Below, piece after piece: positions 13,284 to 23,999 of a DNA stretch of 64,000 nt. Source of the DNA: Octopus sinensis (Eukaryota); NCBI RefSeq assembly GCF_006345805.1, contig NC_043011.1:67468464-67532463 (forward strand). The letters run 5' to 3'. The stretch's first letter is position 1, and every line of letters begins with the position of its first letter. The notes below the pieces were generated by a model that saw only the letters and a program-made list of their open reading frames with translations, did no database searches and was not told the origin of the DNA. The position numbers and the translations under genes were made by a program.

Positions 13284-13320
13284 CCTTTTGTCGAAGAGCG
13301 TAGGCTCGAAACGTCAAAGG
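13284..13320 (+). ncRNA. Minimal hammerhead-like motif, variant core (family shared with 61713-61748)
   Basis: CCTTT-TGTCGAA-GAGC(gtag)GCTC-GAAAC-GTC-AAAGG: helix I and helix II pair, helix III reduced to the ACGT palindrome; core deviates from CUGANGA. Confidence 0.45.
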
Positions 13321-13408
13321 CATTTCCAGTCTTCCGGACGAGCGTCAAACTAATAAACCTTCTTGTTCTCTCATTTGTTTTCGCTTGTGGTTTTCTGTAA
13401 ATTTGAAC

Positions 13409-13469
<61 letters not shown>

Positions 13470-13662
13470 AAACCAGCCGAAACTGCAAAGATAACCTGCA
13501 AATCGACTGCCGAAAGAAAACTCCGAATCACCCGTCCTTGTTTTTTCTTGTCCTTTTTTTTGTATCATCTAACTGTTTGGATGCTTCGCATTCTTGTCAC
13601 TTTTTTTTGTATTCTTTTATATATATATATGAATATATATATGTATATATATAATATATATA

Positions 13663-13701
<39 letters not shown>

Positions 13702-13728
13702 ATATATAATATATATATATATGTATAT

Positions 13729-13760
<32 letters not shown>

Positions 13761-13765
13761 CATAG

Positions 13766-13796
<31 letters not shown>

Positions 13797-13962
13797 TATA
13801 TACATATAGGTATATATACATATGTATATATGTATCTGTATATATGTATATGTATTTATATATACATATATACTTTGATACTTTGATACTTTGATAGGTT
13901 TCGGCCATTATTGGCCCAGGCCATGTCTAACTTATTAGCACCACCTGGTGAAGTCTTTCAAG

Positions 13963-16900
13963 TCAGAATTTGGGCACTATGGCCCACTCAAGTAGAGAGT
14001 TATTGTTTACGGAGACATATCCGGGTGTAGGGGGTTTATCCGGGATTTCTTGAAGGAATCTGTCCAAAGACTTCTTGAACCCTATAGGGTCAGTTTCTGT
14101 TTTAATGTGTTTTGGTGTAATGTTAAAGAGAGCGGGGCCAATTGAGGTGAAATAATTGTGCCGTATTGTTGTTATGAGATGAGAGTGCGATTTTTGTTTT
14201 GGGCGGATGGCACGGGGCCCAAGCCTTGGATGTACCTTAAAGGTGATGCCAACATCATTTGGGCAATGCTGATGGAATATTTTCCACATCATGCAGATGA
14301 TGTAGCGCTCACGACGACGTTGGAGAGAATAGAGTTTTAGCTTTTCTAGTCGACCCCAATAGTCGAGGCCTGTCATGCCATCTATCTTTTTTGTGATTGC
14401 CCTTTGAGGTGCTTCAACTTTTACGATACCTTGTATTGTGTGGGGAGACCACAGTGGACAACAGTATTCAAGGTGGGGTCGGGCAAAAGTGGAGAAGAGA
14501 AGGATAATGTGTGGATATCTCTCGACTGGAAAGTTCTGAGAATCCAGGAACACATTCTGCGGGCCATGTCAACTTTGGTGTTTATATGAGTGGCCCAGCT
14601 TACGTTGTTGTCCACAATTACTCCCAAGTCTCTGATGTTGTTGGACGCCGCGAGAGTTTCACCTGAAGGAAGGGAGTATGGGAGTTTCAGGGCATCCTCT
14701 TTTCCAAAGTGGATTAGCTCAAATTTATCCTCGTTCAGCAGCATATTGTTTTTTTCTGCCCATTGGATAACAGCCAGTAGATCTGACTGAAGGCATGTCC
14801 GGTCACTCGCCTCATTTATGACCTTCTGTAGCTTGGAGTCATCTGCAAAGATTTTTATGTTGCTGTGCTTGATGATGTCATTAATGTCATTAATGTAAAT
14901 GATGAAAAGAAGTGGGCCCAGCACAGTGCCTTGCGGAACGCCACTACTGACTTTGGCTGGGCTTGATTTTACCCCTTCAACTACAACATGTTGAGATCTG
15001 TCTGTCAGGAAACACTTAATCCATTTCAGTAACTTTCCAGAGACACCAATGTTGGATAGTTTTTTCAATAGGATCTTGTGATCGACCCTGTCGAAGGCCT
15101 TACTGAAATCAAGGTAGATGACATCGGTGTTGGAGCCCTCTCCCAAAGCTCTCAAAATGTCCTCAAAGTGATGCAGGAGCTGCGTTAGGCAGTCCCTTCC
15201 ATTACGGAACCCATGTTGGTTGGAGATCAGCCGTCTGTTGCTTTCCAGAAATTGGTTATTCGAGATCTCACCACCCTCTCAAATACCTTGATGATATGAG
15301 AGGTGAGTGAGATCGGACGGTAATTCACTGCAAGGGACTTGTTTCCCTTTTTGAAAACTGGGACAACAGACTGGGACAGAAGGTTTTTTGGAATATAGCC
15401 AGCATCCAGTGAGTTTCTCCACAGATTAGCAAGGGGAGATGCAAGTTGGTGTCGACACACCTTCAGGACACAAGCAGGGAACCTATCGGGGCCTACTGCT
15501 GAATTGTGTTTTATTTCGTTTATCGCCGCTAAGACATCAGGGGCACTAAACGTTATGTCCGATATAGTGTGTTGGGGGTTGACATCACTGATACAGCCCA
15601 GATCGGCCATATCAGGATTGCTGAAAACAGAGCAGTATTGTTTCTGCAGTATCTCGGCCATGGATTTGGCATTATCTTGGAGAGTGCCAGTTTCGTCAAT
15701 TAGAGGGCCTACAGTGGAGACAGTGACCCTGCGTTTCCTCGCAAATGAAAAGAACACTTTGGGGTTGAGTTTGATTTTTTCAATGGCCCACTTCTCCTCA
15801 GCTGATCTTTGGTTATTGATGAGGGTCTTCATGCATTGTTGGAGGTTATATTTTTTGGATTCAAGCAGTGCGATAGCCGTCGAATGTGTGTGTTGCTGTT
15901 GGCAGTACTTTAGTTTGTTAATTTTTTTGTTTGTTCTTTTTATTTTTCTGATAATGGTTTTTCTGTTTTGGGGGATTCTGCACTTTTTGTTCACAGGTCT
16001 TGGTGGGGAGTGTTTTGCACATATGTCTGTGACGGTGTCTACAAAGATCTGCCAAGATGTTTTATGGTTGGTGGAGATGTGTGTATGTGTAAAGGACCAG
16101 TCAACATTTGATAGCTCGTTCCTGATTGCATCCCAGTTGGCTTTATGGAGATCCATGTTGTCAAATGGGTGGGCTGGAGGAAGGTCGCTAGGATTAGCTT
16201 TCGGCTGGTGGAATTTCATGTTACAGAGAACCATGTCATGGTCTGAAAGAAGGGTTTTTTCCACTGTAACGTTATGTATAGTGTTAGTGTGGTTACTAAA
16301 CACTAGGTCCAAAATGTTCTGATGTCTTGTTGGTGCAAGGACAAGTTGGGACAAGAAAAACTCATTCGTAAAGTCGAAAAGTGACTCTGCTGCTTCTTTG
16401 TCAGCGGTTGAGGCGGGAGTGCTTGGTTTCAAACAGTTTGTAGTCCAGTCAGCACAGGGTAGATTGAAGTCTCCCATCATGAGTATGTTGCTAGAATGGC
16501 ACTGTTGAATAAAGCACTTAATGCTGTTGAGGCATTCTTTAAAGCACAGTATGGGTGTTTGGGGCGGCCTATAGAGCCCAATTACTGTCAGGTCATTGGC
16601 TTTGTTGTGCACGGTGACTGATTCACAGTAGCCGTTGGAGAATATACTATTTCCATCTGCCGTAAATGAATCATGCAGGAAAATGGCAGTTCCACCCTTC
16701 CTCCTGCCGATACGATCCGCGCGGATGGTTGTGAAATTCTTCACTCTCACTTCGGCTTCCAAGTGGGAGTTGTCAAGGTGGGTCTCAGTGAGAATGAAGA
16801 AAGGGATGTGGTGTGAATGGTTACCAACCCAGTCTTCAATGAATTGGACCTTCCATTTTTGTGCATTGATGGAAGGGCTGACACCTTGTGCATTGAGTAG

Positions 16901-17029
16901 GAATGTGGAGGTTAGTGTAGTGGCTGGTTTTGACTGTTGCAGGGGCTTGGATTTTTTGTGTGTGTTAGTGGCAGCAATGTGGGGAATTGGTGCACTGGGG
17001 TAATAGCATAGGATGGTGTTGAGTGATGG
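13963..17029 (-). pseudogene. LINE ORF2 (apurinic endonuclease + reverse transcriptase), ~1000 aa, interrupted by two single-base deletions
   Basis: APE: FLLNAQG, LTETHL, GLYRPP, MGDFNLP, ILDLVF, SDHDMV. RT: NYRPISLTS, QHGFR, YLDFSKAFDRVDH, SGVPQGTVLGPLLF, IFADDSKL, RDLGV, RPHLEYC, YSLQRRRERY. Frames shift near 15250 and 14510. Confidence 0.9.
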
Positions 17030-18194
17030 CTAGAATGTTTTTGTGTATCTCTTTTGCCATGTTCAACATGGCTAAAAAAGAATTTTCCTGCTTAGGGAGC
17101 AGTTTTTGGCTGGAGGTGTGGTTGCACTGTTGGATAGGGTTGTAGTTTCCACTTTTGTTGTTGTTGTTGTTTTTGTGTCTTCCTGAAAAGACTGGACCAG
17201 CATTACTGCAGCATGGTGTGTTTCTATTTTTATTGTTATTCAGGTTTGTGTGTTGGCTTGAGGCCCCGTTTCTGTTTGTGCGTCGGGTCCCTGGAAGATG
17301 AGTGAAGGGACAGTCACTCAGTAGACATGTTCTCTCACGTTGGGAATACCGGCAGATTTTGGGACTCCGAGTTGTGTGTGTTTTGAATTTCGATTTACTA
17401 TTTGGTGGTGTTGATGTTATTGTGGGATGCGTGCTTTGGCCTTGGCCGGTAGTGCGTCTAGTGCCGGGTAGATGCGTGAAGATGCAGTCACTATTTGTGC
17501 AGAGTCTCTGGTGCAGTGAATAGCGGCATATTTGGGGATTTCTTGTTTGAGCCGTGGGGGGCGCATTCTGCTTCCTATGTTTCTTTAAGTTTTTGTTACT
17601 GCAGTAGTATTGAGGTGGTGATGTGGGGGAAGAGGGCAGTGGTTTCTTATTTGGTTTTCTGTTGGTATTTTTGGTGATAGAAGACGATGGTGGCAGCGGT
17701 GGTGATGATGATGATGATAATTGTGGTGGTTGCTGTGAGAGCGGTGAAAAGATACTGGCATTTAGTGAATCGTCTAGTAAGCTAGAGTTGAGGAGTGGAT
17801 GTTGTTCTTGTTGCTGTGGCTGTTGTTGTTGTTGTTGTGCCTGACCGATGTCAGGGTCAGCCATTGTGCTGGGAACCAGGAGTGGCTCATTCTGTTGTTG
17901 TTGTTGTTGTGGCTGCTGATTTTCTAGCTGTTGTTGTTCTTGAACTGTGAAAATATGTAGAAGCTTTTCATAATGGCCTCTTATCAGTTTGAAAGATACT
18001 TCGATATGTTTCAACTTGCTACAAATCTGTTTGACGGATCGTGTGTTGACCACTTGTGATGTTTTTTCGGCAATCTCATTCAAACACAAGACATTTAGAT
18101 TTTCTGTTTGGGAAAGAGAGAGCCATGTGTTTATTAAAACATCAATTTCGTTATCAGACCAATTTCGTCTGTTGCAGGCCTGCAAGTTAGTCAT
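16965..18194 (-). CDS. LINE ORF1 protein (409 aa): Myb/SANT trihelix-like N-terminus, Q/S/P-rich linker, two C-x8-C-x4-C-x3-H fingers
   Basis: Uninterrupted ATG-to-TAA ORF directly upstream of ORF2; NWSDNEIDVLINTW..EIAEK..RSVKQICSKLKHIEVSFK; CRYSLHQRLCTNSDCIFTH and CRYSQRERTCLLSDCPFTH. Confidence 0.8.
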   Translation of the reverse strand: MTNLQACNRRNWSDNEIDVLINTWLSLSQTENLNVLCLNEIAEKTSQVVNTRSVKQICSKLKHIEVSFKLIRGHYEKLLHIFTVQEQQQLENQQPQQQQQQNEPLLVPSTMADPDIGQAQQQQQQPQQQEQHPLLNSSLLDDSLNASIFSPLSQQPPQLSSSSSPPLPPSSSITKNTNRKPNKKPLPSSPTSPPQYYCSNKNLKKHRKQNAPPTAQTRNPQICRYSLHQRLCTNSDCIFTHLPGTRRTTGQGQSTHPTITSTPPNSKSKFKTHTTRSPKICRYSQRERTCLLSDCPFTHLPGTRRTNRNGASSQHTNLNNNKNRNTPCCSNAGPVFSGRHKNNNNNKSGNYNPIQQCNHTSSQKLLPKQENSFLAMLNMAKEIHKNILAITQHHPMLLPQCTNSPHCCH

Positions 18195-18674
18195 GTTTGT
18201 TTTTCTTTTGTTTGTTTTCCTTTTGATTTTTGAAAATATATATATTCTTTCTTGGGAGTTAAAGAAGTGTATATATATATATATAAATGTTCTCTCTTAA
18301 GGGTGTGAGTTTTTGATTATTTGGTTGTTTGAGGATATTAAAAGAAAAACAGGTGTATATAACAATTTGTAGTTAAATGAAAACGTACTTACGGGTTTGT
18401 AGGCAAACACGTGGTTACAAATATATATATATTTAAGGTCAGTTAGTTTTGAAGCTGTGTAGCTTGCTACTGACTTGGGAGAGAAACAAATAGACGTCCG
18501 TCCACCAATATATATACACTAATATAAGAAAAAACTTTTTAAACTTTTCATTTAATTTTTCCAAAATTTAATTGTTTTCCATACTTACAGTTGAAAAAGT
18601 CTCAATGACTGATACTGGAACTAAACTGTTTTTTTATAAAATGATTTTAGCATTTTCTACCTTGACTTTTTTCC

Positions 18675-18705
<31 letters not shown>

Positions 18706-19026
18706 ATATATATATATCAACCCGTGTGTTCTTTTTCAACCTTCTACATGTATATATATATATTTATAACAGAAAAATAGGATGCAAAGGATTTAGCGGT
18801 ACATATGTTTCTGGGTTTATTAGAGAGTTTATATCAATGCATAATTGATGTAATATGTATGTCAATAGCCTTCTTTAGCCGCACACAATTACCACACCAA
18901 AGACATGTACATTATAAGTTTGGGAAGCAAATCCTCATAGTCGCATACAGCATATATATATATATATAATATATATATATTATATATATATATATATTAT
19001 ATATATATATATATATATATGCGTGT

Positions 19027-19132
<106 letters not shown>

Positions 19133-21004
19133 TCAGCAATGGAAACTTCATTCAATGATTTATTGTTTAAAAGTATGATTAGGGAAGCCATCATTGTCTT
19201 TGGGCTGAAGCCTCACCGAGGCGCCGTAATACTCTACTAATAATAAATCATCCATTCAAAATGGATGTATTTGTTTTATTTCATCTTTTGTTGCTTTTGC
19301 TAATATGTTCGTTGTTATTGTTCTTGTTAATGTTTTTACTACTTTAGTTTTCTATATACAACCATAATGGCTTCTAATCAATGGATTTCAAAATGGCGTC
19401 CATAAGACTTCGGATCGTATTGCTCTTTGATACTTGTTGCGGACGAACTTATAATAAACGCTGATAATTTCTGTAAAGTTATATATAATGGACTCATATT
19501 GTGCTACATCAATGGACAATGTAAATAATCAATTTTTGCAAAGAACGAACACTAAGATCCTTCTTCTTTCATTTTGTATTTGTGGGACGGAGAACCAACA
19601 CAAGTTTACTATTCTTACTATTTTGTCGTTAAATTGACGAAGTTTTGTTTTATTTGGTTCAACAACGATAGCGTTGTTGGTTAAATATTTCCATTCACTG
19701 GTTCGCTCGATTTTAAACGGTTTCACTGGCAAAAGAGTTTGTACGTTTGCAACAAAATAAAAGATTTCGTTTCTAAAAAGAGGCTTTTCTACTTTTTAGA
19801 CTAAAAACACGCACATGCACACACATCTCACTTATTCGTGCATACATGCGTGTGTGTCACGTGTATATATATATATATATATTATTTATTGAACGCCCCT
19901 CGCATATACATGTAAAGAGGTCACATATGTGTGGCGGAAGATTTCCAGAAAATAAACACACGATGAAATAATAACAACGATGAACGAGTGAAGAACGAAT
20001 ATATAGGTCGTGTTTATTTGACAAGAAAATCAACATTACCGTTATATAATTTCTCCATTATTTTGTGTACATCTTCCAACCTGACGCAAATGTCAGGCAG
20101 CATTTGAAATATTAGTTACTGAAACTGCCAAATAAACAATGCACCGTGTAGTAATAAGAGAATATTTTGTTTCCGAGAAAATTGCAATAGATTCAAGGAA
20201 AATATTTAATTGAATACAGCAGTTGCGAAAATAGAAACAGGTCGCTAGTGAAAAGCATTAACAAGTGACTAGAACGGGGCTGGTTTAACGTTGGCGAGTG
20301 CCTAATGGGAAAGGGTCAAAATGGGAAATGTAACAATCGTCAAGTCATTCGCATGTATGTGATAGAAGGATCATCACGTGATACTTGACTGACTATCAGA
20401 TGTTGTTACACATCGCTTATCACAATGTACTTTTGCGTTGTTTTAGCCTTCACATGACGCCACCCCTGCTGGTTAGGCGGGCAGGCCAACAATCCCCCCT
20501 TGGTCGAAGGGGAAATTGATCGACGTGAAATGAAGCATGTTGCGCAAGAACACAACGCGCCCTCAGTCAGGGATCATAGAGTCTTACATTTTAGATTTTA
20601 AATGCTTGAATTAGACCAAAGTTAATGAAATAAGATTTAATTTGTATTTCTGGAGGAAGACTAAGATATTCATTTCTCAGATTATTTCGTTCGTTTGAAT
20701 TTATCTGAATCTTTCCCAGCGTTATTTGAATAAACACGGAAAGTATTTTTATTGGAGTTTTTAATGCACTTTTTGTATCTCTAAGCTTCATTTACAACTT
20801 TTGTTTATTGTTTTTGAGACTTAAATAAATTTTTCTTCTTTTCAAACATATCGCCATTAAGTATCAAGTGGAAAAGGAAAATAGATTTATCTTACAACCC
20901 AATACATAAAAACTGTCTCTTGATAAACTATTGTAACTTCGCAGTAAAATATTACATCAACACGCATACACACACTACTTCAATGTTGCTGTTTGTTCCT
21001 TCTC

Positions 21005-21270
21005 GAGCCATGCTGACATAGACCGATTTTCTTGGCGTATAGGTTCCCCTCCTGGACGGGACACCGGTCCGTCGCAGGTGAGCTGCAAGATGCAGGAGGA
21101 AAGAGTGAGAGAAAGTTGTGGCGAAAAAGTCAGCAGAAGTTCGCTATTACCTTCTGCCGGAGCAGCGTGGAACTTAGGTGTTTCGCTCATAAACACACAC
21201 ATCGCCCGGTCTAAGATTTGAATCCGCGAGCCCTCGACCACGAATCCACTGCTCTAACTACTAAGCCATG
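21005..21270 (-). mobile_element. SINE family C (tRNA-derived head), near full length
   Basis: Reverse complement starts CATGGCTTAGTAGTTAGAGCAGTGGATTCGTGGTCGAGGGCTCGCGGATTCAAATC, homologous to the head at 32381. Confidence 0.8.
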
Positions 21271-21560
21271 TATATTTATTCATTGATGGATCCATTCGAT
21301 TTCTATTAAAGCTATGAGGTTTTGGATTTAAGCATAATTGTCGGATTCTAGCAAGTAAACTTTACGTAACTTCCCACGTCTTACGTTTAACCTCAAAATA
21401 CTGCTTACGCTTCCAAAATCTTTTCTAATGCGTGTGTGCTGTACATATGCGTGTGTGTGTGTGTGTGTGCATATGCATACATAAACTATGCTTTATATAT
21501 ATATATATATATTAAATTTCTAAATCTCTCATAGAGATATGTACGGTGGTGGGGCGATAG

Positions 21561-21711
21561 AATGGTTGCATACAGTCAATCTAACGTGAACGTGACAGTA
21601 GGGGATTACACCACCGCTGTTTCAGGAAGCGTCGATGCCTCCTAGGGCTAAACAGCGGTGGTGTAATCCCCTACTGTCACGTTCACGTTAGATTGACAGT
21701 ATACAACCATT
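21561..21711. repeat. Fold-back inverted repeat, 62-bp arms with 2 mismatches and a 27-nt spacer, abutting (TA)n
   Basis: 21561-21622 is the reverse complement of 21650-21711. Confidence 0.95.
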
Positions 21712-21726
21712 TATATATATATATAT

Positions 21727-21799
<73 letters not shown>

Positions 21800-22033
21800 A
21801 TATATATTAAGGGTATTACTATACATAAATGTCTCACGCTAGGAGGCATACTCACGCTATACTATGTATAGAATGTCCTTAATATAAATAAATATATCTA
21901 AAGGGAATAATTAATAAATTTTTCTTTTATGAGGATTTTCACGCTAACTACTTGATAATTTCTTATAAAGATTTTATCCTATCTTTAAATTATATATATC
22001 CTAGTCACGGCAGCGCAGTATAATTTTAGTATA

Positions 22034-22450
22034 GGCGCAGGAGTGGCTGTGTGGTAAGTAGCTTGCTAACCAACCACATGGTTCCGGGTTCAGTCCCACT
22101 GCGTGGCATCTTGGGCAAGTGTCTTCTGCTATTGCTCCGGGCCGACCAATGCCTTGTGAGTGGATTTGGTAGACAGAAACTGAAAGAAGCCTGTCGTATA
22201 TATGTTTATATATATGTATGCGTGTGTGTGTGTTTATGTGTCTGTGTTTGTTCCCCTAGCATTGCTTGACAACCGATGCTGGTGTGTTTACGTCCCCGTC
22301 ACCTAGCGGTTCGGCAAAAGAGACCGATAGAATAAGTACTGGGCTTACAAAGAATAAGTCCCGGGGTCGATTTGCTCGACTAAAGGCGGTGCTCCAGCAT
22401 GGCCGCAGTCAAATGACTGAAACAAGTAAAAATAAAAAAATAAAAAAAAA
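22034..22450 (+). mobile_element. SINE family A, full length
   Basis: Pol III A box TGGCTGTGTGG (22044-54), B-box-like GGTTCAGTCCC (22087-97), internal TA/TG tract, tail GGCGGTGCTCCAGCATGGCCGCAGTCAAATGACTGAAAC plus A-rich end. Confidence 0.9.
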
Positions 22451-22482
22451 AATATATACACACATACACATTATATATAATC

Positions 22483-22860
22483 CTTTCTACTATAGGCACG
22501 AGGCCTTGAAATTTGAGAGGAGGGTTTAGGTCGATCGCATCCACCCCAGTACTCAACTGATACTTAATTTATCGACTCCGAAAGAATGAGAAGCAAAGTC
22601 GACCTCGGTGGAATTTGATCTCAAAACGTAGCGACAAACGAAATACCTATTTCATTACTACACAGAGAGGACAAACAAGGACAGACACACAGATTAAGTC
22701 GATTACATCGACCCCAGTGCGTAACTGGTACTTATTTAATCGACGCCGAAAGGATGAAAAGCAAAGTCGACCTCGGCGGAATTTGAACTCAGAACGGAAC
22801 GGCAGACGAAATGCCGATAATTATTTCGCCCGGCGCGCTAACCACTCTGCCAGTTTGTCG
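22483..22860 (-). mobile_element. SINE family B, two nested or tandem copies
   Basis: Block CCCCAGT..AACTG.TACTTA..T.ATCGAC.CCGAAAG.ATGA.AAGCAAAGTCGACCTCGG.GGAATTTGA occurs twice (~22540 and ~22710). Confidence 0.8.
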
Positions 22861-23169
22861 CCTTTATGCACATCATATATAATGATATCTACGGTCTAGA
22901 GGGAAGATTAAGGAAAATCCGGACAACATTAGGAACGAATATTTTAAAACTATCTAAAGGATAATAACATGTAATATTCTTTTGCATCCAACATTTCCGT
23001 TTATGCGCATTAATACTGTTCCGTGTATAATGTATTCTGCCTTTGAAGACATTATCGTTTAATGTTATTATGAGAAACAGGAAAGTTAAATGTTTCCCTT
23101 GTCAGAAGACAAGTTATGTATGAGTTGACTAATATTATTAACTGGATTTCTGAGGATTAATTGAAGGTG

Positions 23170-23430
23170 ATTTGAATGCATGTGACTATACTGCACTTTC
23201 TCGTTAGATTTAGTATTAGTTTAGTGTTTACTAGTATCTGAATATAATATTTCTATTTCTCGTAAATATCATCAGATCCTTAATAGAAATGGTTTTGTGG
23301 TGAGCTCTAGCGACTTTTATGAAACTTGTATTTGTGATTACTGGAACTGAACAGTCACTATTGATTACATACGAGCACATACTTGCATATATATGCGCAC
23401 ATATACGTATACATGCAGACACACAGAGAA

Positions 23431-23465
<35 letters not shown>

Positions 23466-23811
23466 ATTAATGTATTTATGATTACATGACGTACATGTGT
23501 AAGGTATAAATGATTATACATTATATATATATGCATACATATATATACATATTTATTTGAATGCATGTGACTATACTGCACTTTCTCGTTAGATTTAGTA
23601 TTAGTTTAGTGTTTACTAGTATCTGAATATAATATTTCTATTTCTCGTAATATCATCAGATCCTTAATAAAATGGTTTTGTGGTGAGCTCTAGCGACTTT
23701 TGAAACTTGTATTTGTGATTACTGGAACTGAACAGTCACTATTGATTACATACGAGCACATACTTGCATATATATGCGCACATATACGTATACATGCAGA
23801 CACACAGAGAA

Positions 23812-23846
<35 letters not shown>

Positions 23847-23935
23847 ATTAATGTATTTATGATTACATGACGTACATGTGTAAGGTATAAATGATTATAC
23901 ATTATATATATATATGCATACATATATATACATAT
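23170..23935. repeat. Tandem direct duplication of a ~385-bp unit
   Basis: 23170-23554 and 23555-23935 are identical apart from a few 1-2 bp indels. Confidence 0.95.
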
Positions 23936-23999
23936 ATATATACATATATGTACACAGAGTACATCTTCATATTTATATATGTATGTATATTAATAATAA

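Larger units (their letters stand above)
13871..18507 (-). mobile_element. Near-intact full-length CR1/L2-group LINE (ORF1 + APE-RT ORF2, short 3' UTR, (TATCAAAG)3 tail)
   Basis: ORF1 16965-18194; ORF2 with APE and RT motifs 13963-17029; 3' UTR ends in three TATCAAAG units running into (TA)n; 5' boundary near 18507 is approximate. Confidence 0.9.

Noticed and set aside
13895-13950. Hammerhead in the LINE 3' UTR (CTAATAA..GGCC..GGCC-GAAAC)
   Set aside because: The core does not match CUGANGA and there is no helix I or III; better explained as the LINE 3' stem-loop
15504-17844. Plus-strand ORFs (272 aa and shorter) over the LINE
   Set aside because: Antisense shadows of ORF1 and ORF2 with no recognisable motifs
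19380-20340. Promoter or enhancer (YY1-like CAAAATGGCG, ETS-like CGGAAG, Fox-like TGTTTAT)
   Set aside because: Short motifs are expected by chance and there is no transcript or gene context
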